Of a stretch of 64,000 bases of DNA, positions 33,388 through 44,818 are shown one piece after another. This DNA is from Podarcis filfolensis (lineage: Eukaryota). Location of the stretch: the NCBI GenBank assembly GCA_964270895.1, contig OZ185450.1; one strand, given 5' to 3'. Positions within the stretch are counted from its first letter, which is position 1; every line of letters starts with the position of its first letter. The notes under the pieces were generated by a model, which ran no database searches, was not told where the DNA came from, and saw nothing but the letters and a program-made list of their open reading frames with translations. The translations under genes and the position numbers were made by a program.

Positions 33388-34557
33388 GTACCTCTCCTGA
33401 TCTGAAGTATGGATCTCACGGTCCATGGCTGAAACAAACCCACACACAAGTAAATTCTGCAACCTGAGAAATCAAATTTATTGTAAACAAATAATGTTAT
33501 TCAGTTGGGACAATTTCTCTGGCTTTAGTTGCCCCTGGCTGCAGAATATTGGAGCAGGGTTTGTAGTTTACAGAACATTAGACATTGCGGTGTGTGTGTT
33601 GTTGTTTGGGTTAGTAATGCTGGAAGAAGATCTGGTGCCGGGGGGTGGGGGAGACTGGGAGGGAGCTGTGCTCTATCCCTTTAGAAGTGGAAATTTTTCA
33701 AAGCTCAATTTGTGAAGACACAAATTAAGCTGAGAGGAAGGATCTTCAGGGAGCAGTATGAATAGTTTCCCTCAAGCTCTATGAGTTAAAGATGAGTTAA
33801 TAAGGAGATTCCTGCCCTGCAATTCTGCAGGCTTATGCCCTGCATAGCAATCTTTTCTTTCTCCACTCCATTTGACAATAAAGCTTGTTCAGAGTCTGCC
33901 AACCCTATCCATAAGGGACTGAGTAAGAGGAAGAAAGATATGGTGAGTCAGCATTTGTTAATAACAGGTGCTGAATTGTCTCTATGCCGGATAAAGCCTG
34001 CTTAAGGCTCTGTGTTCATTCCTTCCCAGCTCAGACCAAAGCTGCATCTACCTCAAATCTTTTTACATTTTTAAAAATTAACTTAATTTTCTTTACAATC
34101 ACAAATAATAAATTATAATTTAATCCTTTTTAAAAGCTCCTATTCATTCCATGTGTAATATCTAGCAGTAGTCATAGAATATCCAGCAGTCGTAATAGAG
34201 TATTACTCTTAAGTAACATGAGCCCTCCATTGTCACCGGAATGTGACTTGGTTGGATATCACTATGTATTTCCCAAATTATAATCTGTACAATTTCATAT
34301 AGTTTTGCAACATTTCAGTTAAGCCTCTTACACCTTTTGAAGGGTGCAGTCTAACGTGTCAAAAATTAATAAAGGTTTCCAAGTTCTCTATAAATTTATT
34401 ATGGCATTCTCAGATGGCTTTGGTTTCCATTCAGCCGTTGCAGGAATCTTGGGCTGTTTCTTATGTTAGCCAGGCTAGGATGCTTACAAAGGATGTATTA
34501 AAATACCGCAGGATACAGCAGGAGGTATTCAGTGCCTTCCTTCTGTTAGTGCAAGTG

Positions 34558-34799
34558 CAGTGGTACCTTGGTTGTCAAATGGCTTGGCTTCCGAACAAAT
34601 CTGCTCTTGAACAGTGCAAACCTGGAAGTAAGTTTGCGAACTTTTTTTGGAAGCTGAACGTCCAACGCAATTTCTGCGGCTTCCGACTGAGTGCAGGAAG
34701 CTCCTGCTGCCAATTGGAAGCCGCACCTTGGTTTTCAAACTGTTCCGGGAGTTGAACACCTTCCAGAACGGATTAAGTTTGACAACCAAGGTACCACTG
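34558..34799. mobile_element. Tigger/pogo-like MITE, 242 bp
   Basis: Perfect 22-bp TIR CAGTGGTACCTTGGTTGTCAAA; flanks TG / TA. A degenerate end of the same family lies near 56395-56455. Confidence 0.87.
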
Positions 34800-35979
34800 T
34801 ATCTACAGTTGTGCAATGGAACTTCCTTCTCCTGCTTCTTTTCCCTGCCCTGCCATATATTCTGTGCCCTCCCCAAATCTTCTACAAAGTGTTGGGGAAA
34901 ACCCAACAGATTTAGGGGGCATACTGGGGAAGGAAAAATCCTTGTAACAGAGAAACATATCTGGGGCTACTTTGGATAGAAGCCCAAGAATAGAATGCTT
35001 CAGGCCTCATTATTTCCAGTTTCTGTCGGTCTGAAATTTTGATTGCATCCTTGGCAAGAGAAGGTCCACATGGCTGACAACTGATACTCCCAACTTTGAG
35101 TGACTGCTGTAGGCTGAACTGAGTCCATGGCGTACAGCTTGTATCATTGTTTTGCAGTTGGCCCAAGTCACAGGTGATGTTCTAGGGGATGTGACCTTCC
35201 ATCACATCAATGGCTCCAGACCTGGGATGTGGTTGTGGCAGTGTGGTAAAAAAATCTGGGGAGAAACAGAGATTTGAGCATGCAGTTAAAGTGTGACAAA
35301 GCCATCAGATGGCTGTACTTGCACCATATTTCCTGTCTACTCTTTTGTTTCTTTTCCAAGCTAAAGTGTTTGGGAAAGGGGTCTTCTCTTGCATTTGAGC
35401 TCCCAAGGCATTTGGCTGGCCTTTTCTAGAGGCAGAATGCAAAACATATGGGCTCATCTGATGGTTGATGTCCGGCAAGGATAAACTGCTGCTGTTCATT
35501 TGCAGTTTAACTACATTTTAATGTGCTAAGCATCTAAGGGATTTTGTGGTAGTAGTGAAGCCTTGGGCTGTAATTGGCTGAGATGCTCCAATGTCACAGA
35601 CAAACTGGCCAGTGGGAAGAGAGGCAAAGACAAGCATAAAGTTTTGAAATGTAGTGGGCTAGCAGCTATAATAGACTTTAGATGGGAGAAGAGGAAGTCA
35701 TTAGAAAGAAGGGGAAGAAGAAAAAGCAAAGGTGAGAGGGAATGGGAGAGAGAACATGTAGAGAAGGGAGTCGGTGTTGGAGAAACATGGAGTGACGTTC
35801 TCATATATTGATTTGAAGCAACCAGTTTTAAAAGCCAATGCTTTTATCACTACAGCTTGTGGGATCTTTCTAGATCATTGTTCTCCAGATCTGTATGGTT
35901 TGCTAGTTGCTGTTCCTTACAACATCTCCTGCCAGCTTTGTGGTTCCCTCACTCTGCCTAACGCTGTTTCCTTCTCCAG

Positions 35980-36075
35980 GGCTTTCCTTAGGACAGCTGA
36001 AGAAGTTGGGCTGTGGGTGATTCTGCGTCCAGGACCTTATATTTGCTCCGAGTGGGACCTTGGTGGTCTGCCCAG
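35980..36075 (+). CDS. GLB1L2: GLB1L2 exon 4 ([32 protein letters not shown])
   Basis: CAG acceptor 35978-35979; GTAAGT donor at 36076; LRPGPYIC motif. Confidence 0.96.
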
Positions 36076-38512
36076 GTAAGTCTAGCTAGTTTTGGTTGTC
36101 TTTTGGAATGGCAGTCAACCCTGGCTCTGTGGCTCTCAATTCCTACTGCCCACTAGGACTTCAGGGAACAGACTCTTAATTAGGAGAATGTAGAAAGGCT
36201 GGTGATTCTGAAATGGCTAGTTGTTGTCCAAAATACAGGGCAGCTGGTTGCTGAAGGCTGGCATAGATGCACGCTTCCCTCCTGTACTTCCCTTGTTGGC
36301 CCTGGGAAACTGGGTTTCTACCTCTTATTTTTGAACACCATTTCAATATTTGAACACCATTTCAATAGTAAGAATAATAATAAAGATGGGTAGGAGCAAT
36401 TTCATGTAGTTACTTCAAATATAGTTTGGTTTTGCATATTTGATCTGAAGAGATTTGCTTTAACTGATTCAGACAGCAGGAGAGACAGGGTACACAAATA
36501 TTTTAAATAAATAAAAGATGCAGCAGCATGAAAATGGAAATAAATGTCTCATGCCGGTTTACCACAAAGGGGGAGAGAAGGCGTGAGAGCAGAACGAGGG
36601 AAGATCCGCTACCCGAAAGGTTCTCTGTGGAGGCTAAACCTCTGGTGGGAAAGATGACTGGAGGAAATAAATAGGTGGGGATCAGCAGCTTATGTCAGCA
36701 GCTCCCTCGAGATCTGGTAACCAGGAGAGGATCCCAGCGGCTATGCTGCACTCTTGAAACCTCTCATTTGCACTCCCGTTTGCATCAACAGGAGGTTCCC
36801 ACGGGATGAGGTAGGAGATGAAGAAAGTCCACATGCAAAGCAAACCTAGAAAACAGCTCGAGGATGTTAGAGATTCGCTCCTGCACATGGGGAGGCTGAG
36901 AGAGGCAGTGAGAGAGGCACCTTGAGGATAAAGCAGGGCACAGGGTAAAGTCAGCCCAGGGTTCTTTGCTGAATTCCCTGACTTAGTACATAGCAATATT
37001 CCTACACACATGGTACTTTACATAGGAAACAGAAACAGAGTCAGAAGGACCTTCAAAGGTCATCTCGTCCAACCCTCTTTCAATGCAGGAAATCTGAACA
37101 GTGATGGGGATTTCATGCATCAGCAACAGGGTGAATGGACTAGCTGATTTTAAAATAAATACTATTATTACATTTAAATCACATCTTTCCTCCACAGAGT
37201 TCAAGGCACTGTGTACAGTTCTCCTCTCCCTCACCCTCGTAATAAAGCATGCAAGTTTTGCAGACTTATACCAAAAACCCACAAAGTGTCATATGCGTGG
37301 CAATTATTGCTTTGCACCCTTTATTATTTTGCAGAGAAGAGAGGAGGAAAATGCTTAGTGTTCAGAGCAAGGCATTTTTTCTTTCCTCTTTTTGGTGCAA
37401 AGTGTGAACAAATGCGCCTTGTTTGCGCTGCCTCCTCTTATGGGTGCCTATACCCATTTTCTCTGGAACGCTATCAACTGCTTTTGTGCATAATGCTGGC
37501 GGGGGGAGGGGGTTGCAAATTCTTTCCCTGTGAATAACTGAAACCAGAAGACTCCACGAACAAATGTTCCTTTTATTCCTGGTGGTAACAGGAACACTCT
37601 GACATTAGACTCCCTCTTACTGACTCCACTCTGCATCAGCTCATCTACTGTCGCATCCCCATTCCTGCCCCCTGCCCAATCCCACTGCCTCGTCCTCCAC
37701 TAATTCTTGTCTCCATGACTCTCATTGTGTTTCTAACAGTACCTGTGACAACCGTTCCTTCTCCATTCCTCAGACCTACCTCCTCTACATTCTAAAAGGG
37801 TTCGTAAGGAGGATGGAACCTCCAAACTGCCTTTCATAAGGAAGCCTTTCCCCAACCCAGTGCCCTTTGGATGTTGTTGGACTACAACTCCCATCACCCC
37901 AACCCTTGGCCATGCAGGCTGGGGCTGATGGGAGTTGGAGTCTGACAACATCCAAAGGACACCAGGATAGGGCTGGGAATCCTTGCCATTCCCAGCCCCT
38001 CTCCTCTGAACTACCAACCCCAGGGCTCAGTGGGGAGAGAAGATAACTGTTAAACCTATTTAGATTCTGCAATACAAAGATACCTTAAGTCACAGGAAGG
38101 CTAGCAGTTTTCAAATATTCTTAATTTCCCCCACTTGGACCTGCTCCACTCATTCCCTGTTAGGGAAAAAGCCAGGATATCAATAAATATTAAATAGTAA
38201 TAATTTAAACACATATCTATCCCTTCGTGCTCCACCCCACCTGCATCTGATCTTCCCCAGCATGCCACCTCCTGCTTCCAACATTCCACTTGTGCTCTCC
38301 ATCCTTAACTTTAACAACCTGTCCCTCTTCTGCGCTCTAGCTTGTAGAGCAGAGGTGGGGAACCTTAGGCCTGGGGACCGAATGTGGCCTAGCCTGCTTT
38401 TGGGCTTCCCAAAGATACCTGAATGGCCTGGGCAGGAACAGATGTTCCTTTGGTCTGATCCAGCACGGCTCTTCTTACCTTCTCCCAAGCTCTGGTCCTT
38501 TTCCCTCCATAG

Positions 38513-38621
38513 CTGGTTGCTCCAAGACCCCGAAATGCAACTGAGGACAACGTACAAAGGCTTCACAGAGGCCGTGGATGACTACTTTGATCGCCTGATG
38601 CACGAGGTAGTCCATCTTCAG
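38513..38621 (+). CDS. GLB1L2: GLB1L2 exon 5 ([36 protein letters not shown])
   Basis: TAG acceptor 38511-38512; GTAAAT donor at 38622. Confidence 0.95.
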
Positions 38622-40083
38622 GTAAATCAGATCATGGGTTACGCTGCTGCTGCTAAGCCACTTGCGTTTTTAGACTAGGGTTACCAGGGTTGGTGCCAAG
38701 TCAGGGGTAGCCCTTGTGGGGTGGGCTGACCTGGAAACAGTGATTGGGGTATGGGAAGCTGCCTCTGCCATTCTGGTTTTCTGGCTATGCTCAGAAACAG
38801 CCTTCCCTAACCTGGTGTTCTCCAGACCTTTTGGACTGGAACTCCCACCAGCCTCAACAAACACAGCCCGTGGTCAAGGATGATGGGAGTTGTAGTCCAA
38901 CAGCCCCTGGCTGGCACCAGTTTGGTAAAGGCTACTCTAGGGCGATGCTGCGTCAGGCATTCTGGGGTATTGTGCAGAGATCAAAAGGCAGCTGCTTCCC
39001 AGCTGCTTCCACCATAGTAAGCCATGGGAGCAAACAGCATAAGCAAGGTTGTCCTAAAGTTCTGCGTTGTTCTGTGCTTGAAACGCCTTTGCAGTCAATG
39101 CAACTGTGCTACCTATATGTTTATTATTGTGCAATGACTTCTAAATGTGCCATGCCCTGTGATGCTTTTAATTTTCTTCATAACCTGCATATCTCACACT
39201 TGGAGAACCTTGGCTGGGGGAATATGATTTTTCCAAAGCTACTGTAGGTGTTCATAGCTGAGCTGAAAGATTGTACAACTTTTGCTGTAACTGCTTTCAT
39301 GTACTGTTCATGTGAAGTAGGTAGTTAATTCATGGACATCTAGAGGCAGAGCACAGGCAACTTGCCCTGTGCCGACAGGGTAGGAACAAGAGCATGGTTT
39401 CATTCCTAGATAATCACCTGATGCCCCTTTCACACAAGTAAGATGTGAGGGAGGCTGCACAGAAGCTTCATTTGTGTAGGACTTTAATTTCTTCATTCTC
39501 ACAACAAACCTGGGAGGTAGCCAAGCACTTTGTACTCCTCTGTGCATTAAACTCAGCAGCCCAGCAGGGGAGACTGTTAAGGGAGTCTCATTCGTTTGCA
39601 GATAGGGAACCAAGGCAGAGATACAGTTGATCATTCCACAATCATCTATCATTCATGGCAGAGAGCCAGCTTACACATTCAGGAAAGGCATGTAGTGCAG
39701 CTCTTCTGTGACACACCACTTGAGCATGGCATGTTTGGATTTTTCCTGTGTCTAAAGTTCTTTGCATGTGGAAGGTAATACAAAGAGGATGCACTTCTCT
39801 GGGATGTGTGTGTGTGTGCGCGCTTGTGTGTTCAAGGAGGGTTTTTGTGACTTAAGGAGTGTTCAGATATACATTTTCCTCCTCTAATCTGTAGTGGTGC
39901 AGAACCAGGGGGACTTTCCCAGACTGGCCCTGGAAGTCGTGGTTTGAAGTTCCAGTTCAGAGCCAATCTAGCCAATGGATCAAACCAATAAGCAAGGTCC
40001 TTAACAGTTATCTGCAAGTTCTCTTTCTCAATAAATCTTTATAGTTGAATTAGACCCACCAGAGACAGATGGATACCTTATGC

Positions 40084-40206
40084 CAGGCTTCCTCAATCTC
40101 AGCCCTCCAGATGTTTTTGGCTTACAACTCCCATGATCCCTAGCTAGCAGGGATGATGGGAACTGTAGTCTCAAAACATCTGGAGGGCCAAGGTTGAGGA
40201 AGCCTG
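40084..40206. mobile_element. Palindromic hAT MITE, 123 bp
   Basis: Perfect 13-bp TIR CAGGCTTCCTCAA / TTGAGGAAGCCTG; perfect TSD CCTTATGC (40076-40083, 40207-40214). Confidence 0.9.
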
Positions 40207-40214
40207 CCTTATGC

Positions 40215-40352
40215 CAAGGGTAGCCAACATGATGGCCTCCAGATGCTGTTGGACTCCACCTCCTGTCGGCTCCAGCCGGAATGGCCAGTAGTCAGGGATG
40301 ATGGGAGTTGTGGTCAAAGAACATCTGGAGGACACCATGTTGGCTACCTCTG
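40215..40352. mobile_element. Palindromic hAT MITE, 138 bp
   Basis: TIR CAAGGGTAGCCAACATG / CATGTTGGCTACCTCTG; flanks CCTTATGC / TCTTATGT (6/8). Confidence 0.82.
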
Positions 40353-40385
40353 TCTTATGTGTTCTCTCCTCCACTCTTTTGGTAG

Positions 40386-40478
40386 TACAAGAATGGAGGA
40401 CCAATCATTGCCATCCAAGTAGAGAATGAATATGGCTCCTATGCTGAAGACCCAGATTACATGATGTACATCAAACAG
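40386..40478 (+). CDS. GLB1L2: GLB1L2 exon 6 ([31 protein letters not shown])
   Basis: TAG acceptor 40384-40385; GTAAAG donor at 40479; [12 protein letters not shown] acid/base glutamate motif. Confidence 0.96.
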
Positions 40479-40823
40479 GTAAAGTGCTCCCTCTGCCTCA
40501 TTTTTATGTGTGTTTTTAATGTTCCTGCCTGTACTGTGAACCACCCTGAGATCTACAGATACATAGGGTGGTATACAATTGTTAATAACAACAACACATA
40601 ATAAATAGTAATACATTGTGCCTTCTCATCTCTCTCTCTTTCTCTCCCCTCCCTCCCTTTCTTTCTTCCTCTGTGCTTTGCAAACATGAGCTGAAAAATT
40701 AGACGCTTTGGCTATATCCTCCCCATCTCTGCCATTAGTCCTGCCTGATTCACTTCAATCCTTTCCTTTATCCTCTTTCCTCCTAAATAAGTGATACAGG
40801 GTTGCAGCTGTATTGCTATACAC

Positions 40824-41090
40824 CAGGGGTGAGGAACCTCATGCCTGGGGGTCAAAGGTGCCGTCCACCCTCTGTATCTGGCCCTTAGAACTCTCCCCAG
40901 GCCACACCCTTCAATGGATCTGCTTTGAACCCTGAATGAACTTGCCTGGCTGGAGTGTGGCCTTGAACTTCGATAATGCCTCTTGCTTGTCTGGATGGAG
41001 GGTAGAGAAGTAGACTTGCCCACCACTGCCATGTGGCTCTCGGAATATTGCCTAGAAGGGAATGTGGCCCTTGGACTGAAAAGGGTTCTC
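40824..41090. mobile_element. hAT-Charlie-like non-autonomous element, degraded right end
   Basis: Left end CAGGGGTGAGGAACCT; right end TGTGGCCC...AAAGGGTTCTC; TTGCTATA near both flanks. Confidence 0.5.
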
Positions 41091-41469
41091 TTGCTATATA
41101 CATTTATCTGTTGAACTTACTTCTGAGTAAGCACGGGTAAGGTTTCACTGTGAACTTGCTATGGAGCAAAGGAGGGTGAGGAGTCCTGTGGCATTCCAGG
41201 TATTAATGGAAGTATTTGCATTGAAAATAATACATTTTCTAAACAAATAGTGATATTGTGTTGAATTAAATCAGGGTGCCTTTTAAATCAAACAGAAGTA
41301 TTATTTTTTTAGTGACTAAACTATCAAACTGTGTTGTAACCCCCAAAATAACAGAGCTAATTTCATTTTTTAAATGTCTGTGCTGCCTCTCCGTCAATTT
41401 GAGATGGCTCACAGCCATCCATTTTAAATGCACTGCTAATACAGTCAACACAATGGAACAATTCAAATA

Positions 41470-41471
<2 letters not shown>

Positions 41472-41506
<35 letters not shown>
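41472..41506. repeat. (GT)n microsatellite
   Basis: Directly visible. Confidence 0.95.
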
Positions 41507-41507
<1 letters not shown>

Positions 41508-41620
41508 CCAGGGGAAGCTGCTGTAGCACAAGGCATTCCCCCCACTTCATTTATCCTAGTTGGTATCTGTACTGGATTTGAATCAATTTTACGTATGTGT
41601 TATTGATGTGTGTGTAAGAT

Positions 41621-41935
41621 AAAGGTAAAGGGACCCCTGACCATTAGGTCCAGTCGTGGCCGACTCTGGGGTTGCGGTGCTCATCTCGCTTTATTGGCCA
41701 AGGGAGCCAGCGTACAGCTTCCGGGTCATGTGGCCAGCATGACTAAGCCGCTTCTGGTGAACCAGAGCAGCGCACGGAAACGCCGTTTACCTTCCCGCTG
41801 GAGCGGTACCTATTTATCTACTTGCACTTTGAGGTGCTTTCAAACTGCTAGGTTGGCAGGAGCAGGGACCGAGCAACGGGAGCTCACCCCGTCGCGGGGA
41901 TTCGAACCGCCGACCTTCTGATCAGCAAGTCCTAG
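41621..41935 (-). mobile_element. Sauria SINE, 5'-truncated
   Basis: Reverse complement of 1495-1805; lacks the first part of the tRNA head. Confidence 0.92.
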
Positions 41936-44773
41936 ATGTGTGTAACAACTTGTGTATATATAAAATGTGTGCGTGTAGCAACTTGGGACCAGTTTACCTA
42001 CAAAATTGCCTATGCCATATGTGCCCACCTGGTGGAATTGGCACTTCTGCAGGTGCCTAATTATACTCCTTCCACATTTGTAAGAACTCAGTCATTTAAT
42101 GCGGCAGCAGCTGCACTTTGGAACTCCCTGCCCATTGAGATCAAGCAGGCTCCTTCACTGCTCTCTTTTCTGCACCTGCTAAAAGCATTATTGTTTAGAC
42201 AAGTCTACTCAGATGCTTAGAAATTTTATTTTGTTTAGTATTTTAACTTGTATGTTTTAAAGCAGGGATGTGAATTTTTCTTGGATTTTCTTGTTTTATC
42301 TTCTTGTAAATCGCTTTGAGGTTTCTTGCAGTCGAGTGGTGTATAAACTTTATGAAACAAATGTACATACACGTGTCTTAGGTGTTTTTCAATATGCAAT
42401 TGTTCTGTGGATGTTTTTATTGCACTTTAAATTGCTTTGGGATGTCTCATGGGTTGTGATTTATAAATGGAAAGAAATGATAATAGTACTGAAAGTTAGA
42501 ACATGGGGAGCCCACAAAGTCCAAGTGGAACAGAAGAAAAGGGGTGGATAAGCCCCTTATTTAAGAGACTTTGTATAGTGGATGCATCCCCCACTTCCCT
42601 TCCTGAGGGCAGAAAGCAGTGAAATGAGCTTTTGGCACTGTGGACAAACTTAGGGCTTTTGCTTGCGAGAGATTATTTTGCCTGTCAGACCTAGACTGCC
42701 TTGTAAACCCCTGTAATCTGAAGCTCAGCCCAGGGCAGGCTAATTTTACTAATGCTTCCCTCTGTTGCCTCGTCCAGCACGGATCTTTCTACAGGCCCTG
42801 CCTGCAATCTGGGCAAGCACCGGAGTTGGCAGGCACCCAGAGAAGACCATTTTTAGCTTGGCAAATCCTCTCTGAGCCGCACCCAGCTTTCTCTCTTCGA
42901 CTGGCTCCGATGCAGCACCGCAGCAGAAGGTTAATTGCCAGAGGCCTTGTTAAGGTCACTGCCAGTTTTTTTATTTTATTTTATTTCTTTACCGAGCATT
43001 GTCTCAGGGAAACAATGGCTGCTTTGGGCGCGAGAGAGCTGCTCAAGGGAGCTGTCTGCTGAACATCCTGCCATTGTCGTAAAGCAGAAGCAGCTTAGGC
43101 CTGTCTGATATTGTTACCCTGAGCGAGGTGGGATGAAGGCAGCTCGTTCTGCGCCCTTCAGTTCCATAATCCATGGACAAAGACCACAAAAACAAAAAAA
43201 AAGGAAACACTGCTTAGCTCTAAGAAACTTGAATGCAAAAAAAAGGGGGGGGGCAGTATGGTATAAGTCAATACAATAATGATAGTTTCACATTAAAATA
43301 CAGTGAATCATAGCTATTCAATTACTTATGTATTGACTGCCAGTCCTCATTAGCAGAATCAGTTTTGACATCCCTTGTGTGTTTTGACTCTGATGGTCTT
43401 CCTCAGAGGTGTACTCAGTGGCAACCCTTTTGAGCAGGGACCGCCAGCATGGTGCCCTCCAGATGTTGTTGAATAACAGCTCCCATCACCTCTGATCATC
43501 AGTCATGCTGGCTGGAGCTGATGGCAGTTGGAGCCCAACCATGGGAGGCCACCATGCTGGCTACTCCTGATTTTGTGTGACCACCTTTTCATCTCCAGAC
43601 TTGCCAGCTGCCCCAAAGACATCTGTTACCTTAAAGAGATGCGACCTCTTGGTACATTTTCCCATTCCGGAGTCCTTTGGACCTCTGATACTTCCCTCCT
43701 GTTCAGTGTCCCATTTAACAGTCTTTCCCCTATGTTCTGCAGCAGCGGATCCACGTTTCCTGTTGCATCACATGTCAAAAGGCTGTTAAACTAGAACTCA
43801 TCCTTGGAACAAGTGGGAGCCGCAGCCAATCCTGGTCTCCTAATAAGTGCATGTAGACACAGGTTCCACTATCCAAACACACGTTATACAAAAATTCACT
43901 TATCCAAACACAAGGAAATAGTACCTGCAGACCTCACAATACACGCCGCAGATTCAGATATCCAAACAGCCAGACTTGCATGTAGTGCTGTAAACAAACA
44001 AGCAGCCTTAAACAAGCCTTACATTTTGTATTTTGCTGGTCTGCGGCAGCTGTGGTGAAAGGGAGGGAGGGAGAAGGAGAGCTAGGATGAATAAGAGTGC
44101 ATTTTTCCTTCCTTGTTTGCTTTTTGCAAGGTTTCAGGTGGTTTTCCTGGGTTTTTTCAACGTTTTCCAGCCTAAATTCCATAGTCAGGAATGCATTAGA
44201 AATTTCCCCATTGAAATCAAGGGAAATTGTCAGCTCCTTATGTGAACTGTTGTACACACACACACAAAATGCAATGCGTGAATCAGCCTTCACTGATTCA
44301 GCCTACTAAAATCCTGGGGTTTTAGTATCTTCCCTCCTGACCAGCTTAGGTGTCGTAACGCTAAAAGGCCCCTGGCCAATTAGATCTGGTTGAAATCACC
44401 TTCTCTCTCCCTCCCAACTAGACAGTCTGCAGGCATTCAGCCAAGGAGTCACACAGCGAGGCTCCTAATCCTCTTTCTTGTAATTCCACCATTGTCTGAC
44501 TGCAGATGGGGAAAGTTGCATAGGAGTGATGTGGCTCCCAATCTCTCCCACTCAGCATTGGAGGCTGGTACATCCTATATCCTATTTTGTTCACAGCTGG
44601 AGGAAGGAGAGACCTTAATTGAGATGGCTCCTCTGCTGTAGAACTGCAGGTTGTTGCCTGTGGTTCATAGGTCCATAGGTCCATAGTTGAAGACTGGTGA
44701 CCCAGCATGTAAACACTTTGCCTGAAATGACCAATCAAAGTCTTTTTGGTGTTCATGGAGATGTCTATCCCTG

Positions 44774-44775
<2 letters not shown>

Positions 44776-44816
<41 letters not shown>
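44776..44816. repeat. (CT)n microsatellite
   Basis: Directly visible. Confidence 0.95.

Positions 44817-44818
<2 letters not shown>

Noticed and set aside
32640-34420. Additional L1-like fragments (about 32640-32870 and 34100-34420)
   Set aside because: AT-rich and suggestive of degraded ORF2, but I could not recover a convincing peptide motif, so they are not listed as features.
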